Assembly: GCF_004010195.1 (NCBI RefSeq)
Contig: NC_057719.1
Location: 8,579,604-8,635,679, forward strand
Origin: Chiloscyllium plagiosum
Lineage: Eukaryota
DNA: 56,076 nucleotides
Direction: 5' to 3'
Under the pieces are notes generated by a model, which saw only the letters and a list, made by a program, of their open reading frames with translations, had not been told where the DNA came from and did not search any database. Every line of letters starts with the position of its first letter. The stretch's first letter is position 1. Position numbers and translations under genes: made by a program. Below, one piece after another: positions 48,707 through 56,076 of the stretch.

Positions 48707-49250
48707 AGTGGTAACCACTGCTGCGTCACAGCACCAGGGTCCCAGGTTCGATTCCAGCCTCGGGCAACTGTCTGTGTGGTGTTTGCACATTCTCTCCGTG
48801 TCTGCTTGGGTTTCCTCCCACAGTCCAAAGATGGTGACCTTACAGAGGTTTATAAAATCATGAGGGGCATGGATAGGGTAAGTCGACAAGGTCTTTTCAC
48901 TGGGGAGGGGGAGTCCAGAAATGGAGGGCATAGGTTTAAGATGAGAGGGGAAAGATTTAAAAGGGACCTAAGGGGCAACCTTTTAATGCAGTAGGTGGTG
49001 CATGTGTGGAATGAGCTGCCAGAGGAAGTGATGGAGGCTGTTATAATTACAGCATTTAAAAGGCATATGGATGGGTATATAAATAGGAAGGGATGAGAGG
49101 GCTATGGGCCAAGTGCTGGCAATTGGAACTGGACTAATTTAGGATATCTGGTTGGCATGGACAAGTTGGACTGAAGGGTCTGTTTCCATGCAATACATCT
49201 CTATGACTCGGTAACTCTATGTGTAGGTTTGGTGGATTGGCTATGGAAAT
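48707..49250 (+). mobile_element. HE1 SINE interrupted by a HER1 3' end (about 48833-49217)
   Basis: ORF 48701-48994 switches from SINE sequence to GDLTEVYKIMRGMDRV. Confidence 0.88.
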
Positions 49251-49262
49251 TGAAAATAAAAA

Positions 49263-49812
49263 TGGAAACAGGCCCTACAGCCCAACAAGTCCACACCAAC
49301 TCTCCCATACCTATTTTCCTATCCCGTATTTGTCCCTGATGAATGCACCTAACCTACACATCCCTATGGGCAACTTAGCATGGCCAACTGGCCTAACCTG
49401 CACATCTTTGGACTGTGGGAGGAAATCCACACAGACATGGGGAGAATGTGCAAACTCCACACAGACAGTTTCAGAGTGTTACAGGGGGACATAAATTTAA
49501 GGTGAAGGGTGGAAGGTATAGGGGGGGATGTCAGGGGTAGGTTCTTTACCCAGAGAGTGGTGGGGGCATGGAATGCGCTGCCTGTGGGAGTGGCAGAGGC
49601 AGAATCATTGGTGACCTTTAAGCGGCAATTGGATAGGTACATGGATAGATGCTTAAGCTAGGACAAATGTTCGGCACAACATCGTGGGCCGAAGGGCCTG
49701 TTCTGTGCTGTATTGTTCTCTGTTCTATGTTCTACACTCTGCCCAAGGCTGGAATCAAACCTGGTTCCCTTGCACTGTGAGGCAGCTGTGCTAACCACTG
49801 AGCCACCGTGCT
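49263..49812 (-). mobile_element. HE1 SINE interrupted by a CR1 3' end (about 49471-49734, +)
   Basis: Host cacacagacagtt ... gcccaaggctgg; insert FFTQRVVGAWNALP with (gttctat)-like tail. Confidence 0.88.
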
Positions 49813-50734
49813 GCTCCCATGTGGGGATAGGGTTGGGATCTGCTCTTCAGAGGGTCAGTGTGGACTCGATGGGCTGAATGGCCTCTTTCCGCACAGAAGG
49901 GATGCTATGAATCAATCATTGAACTCTGTACTTTTTCCCCCCTTTCTCTCCCTACCCCTTCGTCCCCAAAGAACTATACTTAACTCCTTCCTAAAAACAT
50001 TCAATGTGATTCCCATCCCGTAGGTGACTCCATACTGATAGCAGCTAGCTGAGCCAGCCAGGATGATGTGAAGGAGCACGGTATTTGCCTTGCCAACGCA
50101 TAAGCGGAGCTGACTAATTCTGGAGCAAGCAGTCGCAGCAGCAAGCTACAAAAATAATTATCTGCATTAGAATTTTAATACTGCAATGAAAGATTGATAA
50201 GAAAATAATTAAACCACTCAAGTGCTAAACATTGCCTTTTTAATTAACTGGTGGAGTTACATTGTTGCTGAAATCTTACAGATATTTCAAACCATGGCAT
50301 TCCTTCTCATCTCTATTATTACCTTGCATTGTCTAAAAGCGGCTAAAGCAAGCAATTCATTGCCTTTAGCTACGCCCCATTGTAACCATTGCTTTCAGAA
50401 AGCAATGTGGATCATCTTGCTGCTCAATGTGTCATTAACATATAAATTAGTCGAAGAATTCTCGGCAATTTCCCTGTTTGTTTTTTTTTAAGATTGCCTT
50501 CTTCTTGGAACAGAAAATCCCGAATTCCCAGCTGTCTACAACTCCACATCCATTTTCACCAACTCCCCCCCCACCCAACCAAACCTCCGGTTTTAATCCC
50601 TGGGAATTTGGAAATCAAAGCTGCTGATAAGGGGCACTTGCACACCAAGAAGGAGCAAAAGTCCTGCATTTGTCTCACGATCGTCAAGTGCTTTCCAGTG
50701 AATGGACTCTGATATAATCACTGTTGTAATGTCA

Positions 50735-51716
50735 AGTCATAGAGCCATAGAGATGTACAGCACAGAAACAGATCCTTCTGTCCAACTCGTCCATGCCGAC
50801 TAGATGTCCTAAATCAATCTAGGCCCATACCCTTCTAACCCCTTCCTGTTCAGATGCCGCTTAAATTTTGTAATTGTACCAGCCTCCAACACTTCCTCTG
50901 GCAGTTCATTCCCAAAGTTCTCTGCCTCCCTCAGACGTGAACTCAGTCAGTCCCTTTCTCACTGCCACACTGCTTTGACCTCTTCAGTCTCCTCCATTGC
51001 CACAATGAATCAGACGGCAAGTTGGAGCGACAACACCTCATCTTCCGCCTGGGCAGCCGACAGCCCGGAGGACTCAACATTGAGTTCTCCAATTTTAAAT
51101 AACCTTCCCACCCATCACGCCCTTTCCAGCTCCTCCTCCCTTTCATCCATCTGACCAACCCTTCCTTCCAGCTACCTATCGGATTCATCCCTCACATCGA
51201 CCAATCAGGTTGTGCCCACCTATCACTACCTCACCATACTGCCCCTCCCCGTGCCCCCCAACTTCCCCCCGCCAGCCCCTGAACCCCACATCTCATTCTG
51301 AAGAAGGGTAATATCTGAAAAGCTGACTTCTCCACCTCCTGGGGCTGCTTGACTTGCTGTGTTCTTCCAGTCTCCTGTTTGTCTACTTTGGATTCCAGCA
51401 TCTGCAACTTTTTTTCTCTCATTCTATACATGCATCACCCTCTGCGTGTAACAGTTGTCCCTTAGGTCCCTTTTAAGTCTTGCCCATCCCACCTTAAACC
51501 TATGCCCTTAATTTTGGACCCCCATACCCTGGGAAAAGGACCTTGCCTATTCACCCTATCCATGCCCCTAATGATTTTTACAAACCTCTATAAGGTCAGC
51601 CCCTGACGCTCAAGGGAAAACAGTCCCAGTCTATTCAGCCTCTCCCTGGAGCTCAAACCCTCCAACACTGGCAATGTCCTTTTTGTAAATCTTTTCCACA
51701 CCCTTTCAAGTTTCAC
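50735..51716 (-). mobile_element. HER1 3' end interrupted by a PLE fragment
   Basis: Host gcagttcattcc ... tcattctatacatgcatcacc rejoins. Confidence 0.85.
50915..51415 (+). mobile_element. PLE 3' fragment with degenerate hammerhead (about 51298-51325)
   Basis: LLHCHNESDGKLERQHLIFRLGSRQPGGLNIEFSNFK*. Confidence 0.85.
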
Positions 51717-51969
51717 ATAGGAACAGCAGCAGCCAATTTGCATTCAGAAAGCTCCCGCCAACAGCAATGTCATAATGACGATGGCCTGTTCGTTTATTAT
51801 CTGAGAATTGGAGGATGAATGTTGGCCAGGTCACTGGGGCTAATTTGACTGTTCTTTTTCAAAGCTGCACCACTGGATCTGGTGTTCCAAGGAAGAGTCA
51901 CATCAGACTCAAAAACCTTTGCACTGTTCCTCTCCCCACAGATACTGACTCTCCAGCACTTTCTGTTAT

Positions 51970-52291
51970 GAGATTAGATTCCCTACAGTATGGAAACAGG
52001 CCCTTCGGCCCAACAAGTCCACACCAACCCTCTGAAGAGTAACCCACCCAGACCCATTTCCCTCTGACTAATCCACCTAACACTAGGGGCAATTTAGCAT
52101 GGCCAATTCACCTGACCCGCACACCTCTGGACTGTGAGAGGAAACCAGAGCATCTGGAGCAAATCCACGCAGACACGGGAGAACGTGCAAACTCCCCACG
52201 GGCAGTCACCTGAGGCTGGAATCGAACCTGGGTCCCTGGTGCTGTGAGGCAGCAGTGCTAACCACTGGGCCACAGAGCCACCCTGCCACCC
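51970..52291 (-). mobile_element. HE1-type SINE
   Basis: Reverse A/B boxes, (agatt)n tail. Confidence 0.9.
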
Positions 52292-52654
52292 CCTTCTTCT
52301 TTTTATTATTATTACCACTTAACCTTGAATGACCATTTGAATGGTCCTCAGTTTAGCTGAGTGTCCCTCTTCATTATTAGCTCATGAACAAATAGCCAGA
52401 AAACTGATCAAAATATTTAACTTGGGAGCTCAAATTAACTTTGTGGCTCTCAACATAGCAATGCCTCAAAGGCATCTCTTTCGATTCAACCATATGAAGG
52501 ATGTGAAGGACTGTGTTCAATTTCAAATTGATTCTTTCTCTTTACTGTAGACTAGGACACTGTCTGAGAGAAGCCTGTTCATCAATCATGAACACGAACA
52601 TGTCTTAAAGACTTGGTGCTGTTAGGGATGTGAGTGATTGAGACAAACAAGGTA

Positions 52655-52762
52655 GAGTTCTGAGGAAGGGTCACTGGACCCAAAATGTTAACTCTGAATT
52701 CTCTTCACAGATGCTGCCAAACCTGCTGAGCTTTTCCAGCATCCTCTGTTTTTGTTTCAGGT
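52655..52762 (+). mobile_element. PLE end with decayed hammerhead
   Basis: CUGAGGA-A-GGGUC(ACUG)GACCC-AAAAUGUU, then cacagatgctgcc..cctgctgagcttttccagc; related remnants near 9400, 9560-9665, 28840-29055, 33415, 37113. Confidence 0.7.
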
Positions 52763-52929
52763 AAAATTCTCAATCTGCAATATGCAGACTGCATGTGTAC
52801 GAATCATAAATACTGTTGCTGGATAGTCTGGATCGTTTTTCGAAATCGGGAGCTAGTTTTGACCTTGCTGCTTCAGGCAAAGACACCCTCCCCGGTCTCT
52901 ACTGAGGATGAAGGTAATCTCTTTAACAC

Positions 52930-53270
52930 CAGGAGTAGTCAGATGCTTTTTTCCCAGGGTTGAAATTTCAATTACAAGAGGTACAGGTTCAAGATGAGAG
53001 GGGGAAAATTTAAGGGAGAGGGATGTTTTCACGCAGAGAGTGGTAGGAGCCTGGAACACGCTGCCAGATGAGGTGGTGGAAGCAGGCACATTGGCAATAT
53101 TTAAGAGGCAAATGGATGGTTACATGAATAGGGAGGGAATAGAGGGATATGGACCAAATAAAGACAGAAGGTTTGTTTTTTAGTTTAGTTGGGGCATGAT
53201 GATCGGCACAGGCTTGGAGGACCATTGGGCCTGCTCCTGTGCTGTACTTTGATTCTCTTTTGTTCTTATA
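52930..53270 (+). mobile_element. CR1 3' end
   Basis: ttcacgcagagagtggtaggagcctggaac...tttaagaggcaaatggat. Confidence 0.85.
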
Positions 53271-53704
53271 CTGGGAATTTCCTGGGCTTCCTCCTTCAGC
53301 TAAGCTCCCCAGCTACAAGTCTGGAAGGATACTGGAATTGGGGTAACAGTGAGGGAGGGATCTTGGCTGAGTGTTGGAATCTTGAGGGGATCTTAACCCC
53401 CAAAGTTTGCGAGCCATTCTTGAATAAGTTTTAAAGTGGAGGGAGGGGGGCGTGGTTTGTGATATACGGACCATTTGAAGTGTCCAACTCAAGAGAACTG
53501 TTATTGAGTTTATTCAAGATGGGGACTGCTGGACATTGTGAGGAAATCAAGGGATATGGTGGAGAGAAGGAAAACTCTGGTGAGGTGCAGGGTTATTAAA
53601 TTTTATCAAATATACAGCCCCACTTGAAAAGGAGAATGACTACCCGGCCTCTATTTCTCAGGACCTCTGTATTTCAGACATGTCATCATCATTGTCTGCT
53701 ATAA

Positions 53705-53912
53705 AGAGGTTGGTTTGCTTGGATGGTTGATATGCAGTACAGAGTGATGATAACAGAGTGGGTTCAATTCACATACTAGCTAAGGTTACCCGGAAGGACT
53801 GTCCTTCTCCATCTACCCCCCTCACCTGAGGCACAATGACCCTCAGGGTAAATCACTACCAGTCATCTCCCTCTTCTCAGAGAGCAGCCCCACACTCTGA
53901 TGACTTTGTCAT
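53705..53912 (+). mobile_element. Probable tRNA-derived SINE of a fourth family
   Basis: B box gggttcaattc at about 53760, hairpin cctgagg...cctcagg; single copy here, assignment from recall. Confidence 0.45.
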
Positions 53913-53979
53913 CTTAATTTGGCCACAGCAGAATGTGTCCACCCTTCTGGGTCAAACCCTGGCATTCTCTCCGCATGAG

Positions 53980-54345
53980 CTGGAGCTCAGTTGGGAGTTT
54001 TCCCTTAATTCAGGGGCAGAGGTCTTGGGGTTCAAGTCCCGACTGAGGCTGAGGCTCCCAGTGTAATACTCTGAGAGTGTCTCACTGCAGGCTGAGTTTT
54101 CAGATGACACGTTAACTCCTCTGCTTCCCCCCAAATACAATCCAGAGTCACAAAACTATTTCACCAAAACAAGATTAGTCATCAGGATTCCAACCAACGT
54201 GACTCAAAAAAGGTGATCCAGTCACTGCGGTTTGTTGGACCTTGTATAATTTGATTGCTACATCTCCTGCATTATGACAAGTGATGATACTTCAAAAGTA
54301 AAGCACTTCGTAGCATCCTGAGATTGCTATATAAATGCACATTCT
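53980..54345 (+). mobile_element. DeuSINE/SacSINE1-like SINE
   Basis: B box gggttcaagtccc, tttcagatgacacgttaa, tail gctatataaatgca. Confidence 0.7.
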
Positions 54346-54369
54346 TTCTCACTATGTTGCTATTGTATC

Positions 54370-54680
54370 TGAATTTACCACCTCCTCTGGCAGCACTTTC
54401 CAGACACCTAGCACCCTTTGTGTAAAAAAACTTGCCTCACACACCTGCTTTGAACATCCCCCCTCTAACCTTAAACCTGTGCCTTCCTAGTATTTGGTAT
54501 TTCCACATTGGGAAAGAGACTCCAACTATCCACCCTATCCATGCCTCTCATAATTTTATATCCTTCTATCAGGTCACCCCTCAGCCTCTGATGCCTTTGT
54601 GGAAACAATCCAAGTTTGTTCAACCTCTCTTTGTAGCTAATACACTCCAATCCTGGTAAACCTCTTTCGCACCCATGTAC
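54370..54680 (-). mobile_element. CR1 3' fragment
   Basis: SYKERLNKLGLF...LRGDLIEGYKIMRGMDRV. Confidence 0.9.
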
Positions 54681-55169
54681 AGTATGTACATTATGCTTCA
54701 CAAGGTTAGATAGGAAATTCTAATGCTTTGAGCTAAAGCAATGAAGAGGAACTGTTTCTATCTGAATTCAGTCAGTGGTTCAGTTTGCGCTGAGTTCAAA
54801 GAATAGGTACTGCTCTCCAACTTGACCAGACAATGGAGGCTGACACTCCAGTCCAGTACTGGAATGCTGCACAGTCAGAGATACTGTGATTTTTGTGGAT
54901 GAGCCACTAATCTGAGTCCTGTGTGCCATCTCAGCTGGATGTAAAAGATTCCCGCTGACCCAAACAGACACGTGTCAAAGCCACTGGCAACTGTAGTGAG
55001 TCTGAGATTTAACTGTTTGGTTGCTGACTGACTCAAATGGATTATCAGCTTTTGGGTCTCAGTTGTTTAATTTGTCTCAGTAGGGATGCTGTGTCATATG
55101 TGAGAAATTGGCTGATAATTGCAAAGGATCAGATGAAATAAGGTAAGCAGAGGCTCAGGTGAAGCATAC

Positions 55170-55558
55170 ACATTCAACATCCACTCCCTCCATCACTGGT
55201 GCTCAGTAGCAGCAGTGTGTGCTATCTACAAGATGCACTGCAGAAACTCATCAAAGATCCTCATTCAGCAACTTCCCACGGCCACTTCCATCTAGAAGGA
55301 CTAAAGCAGCAGATAAATGGGAACACCACCTCCAAGCCACTCACCTTCCTGAATGGAAATATATCGCCGTTCCTTCACTGTTGTTGGTTCAAAATCCTGG
55401 AATTCTCTCCCTAATTGCATTGTGGGTCAACCTACAGCAGGTGGACTGCAGCGGTTCAAGAAGGCAGCTCACTCCCACCTTCTCAAGGGCAACTGGGGAC
55501 GGGCAATAAATGCTGGCCCAGCCAGCGATGCTCACATCCCATGAACAAATAAATAAAC
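55170..55558 (+). mobile_element. Family-B LINE 3' end with complete tail
   Basis: SKSWNSLP...GLQRFKKAAHSHLLKGN; tail ggcaataaatgctggcccagccagcg...catcccatgaac(aaat)n. Confidence 0.85.
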
Positions 55559-55840
55559 GAAAGAACTATTTAATCAATCCTATATTTCCAAATCCTTTTC
55601 ATATCAAGAATATTGATTAAATTTGAGTTGCATGTATCAAACACATTGGATCAGAACGGTGACAGCATAGCACAGGGAGAGACCATTCAGCCCATTGTGT
55701 CTACACTGGCTTTCTGAAGGAGTAATGCAAGACCTCCCTGCCACGGCCCTAACTCCGTACACTCTTCACTTCCAGAATGTGATCCCATTCTCTCCTGAAT
55801 GCCTCACCTGACAACATTTAAAAGACATCTGGATGGGTGC

Positions 55841-56076
55841 ATGAATGGGAAGGACTTGGAGGGATATGGGGTATATGAATGGGAAGGGGTTGGAGGGATA
55901 TGGGGTCTATGAATGGGAAGGGTTTGGAGGGATATGGGGTATATGAATGGGAAGGGATTGGAGTGATATGGGATATATGAATGGGAAGGGGTTGGAGGGA
56001 TATGGGATATATGAATGGGAAGGGATTGGAGTGATATGGGATATATGAATGGGAAGGGGTTGGAGGATATGGGGTC
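55841..56076 (+). repeat. 34-bp minisatellite derived from HER1/CR1, running off the window end
   Basis: atgaatgggaag starts at 55841, 55875, 55909, 55943, 55977, 56011 and 56045. Confidence 0.95.

Noticed and set aside
50222..50491. Hydrophobic 89-aa ORF
   Set aside because: Non-ATG start, AT-rich composition explains the hydrophobicity, no recognisable family
52745..52766. Recursive-splice-like tttgtttcAG|GTAAAA
   Set aside because: The pyrimidine tract is the standard PLE tail and the donor is weak

Overview
Vertebrate genomic DNA, almost certainly from a shark or other elasmobranch (inferred from the HE1-type SINE and HER1/CR1 LINE content). It looks intronic or intergenic. I recognise no host protein-coding gene, rRNA, true tRNA gene or CRISPR array. 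Nearly all long ORFs in the track are decayed retroelement sequence. The window is a mosaic of about 18 HE1-type (V-SINE) copies, many CR1/HER1 LINE fragments (one nearly complete ORF2 at about 40.5-43.95 kb), a second L2/Crack-like LINE with a SINE that shares its tail, DeuSINE/SacSINE1-like SINEs, L2 ends, a TA-flanked Tc1/mariner-type MITE, several minisatellites and a few repeat-free islands. The most notable signal is a dense set of Penelope-like element (PLE) ends carrying minimal type-I hammerhead ribozyme cores (CUGANGA-A-helix II-GAAA-short palindrome-NUH) in at least five helix-II variants. Several are tiny (about 95-390 bp) fold-back or inverted insertions with their own target-site duplications (TSDs). 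PLE hammerheads are a known class, so this is best read as an under-annotated local expansion, not a proven new system. Family names come from recalled sequence features, not database searches, and TE boundaries are approximate unless a TSD is quoted.
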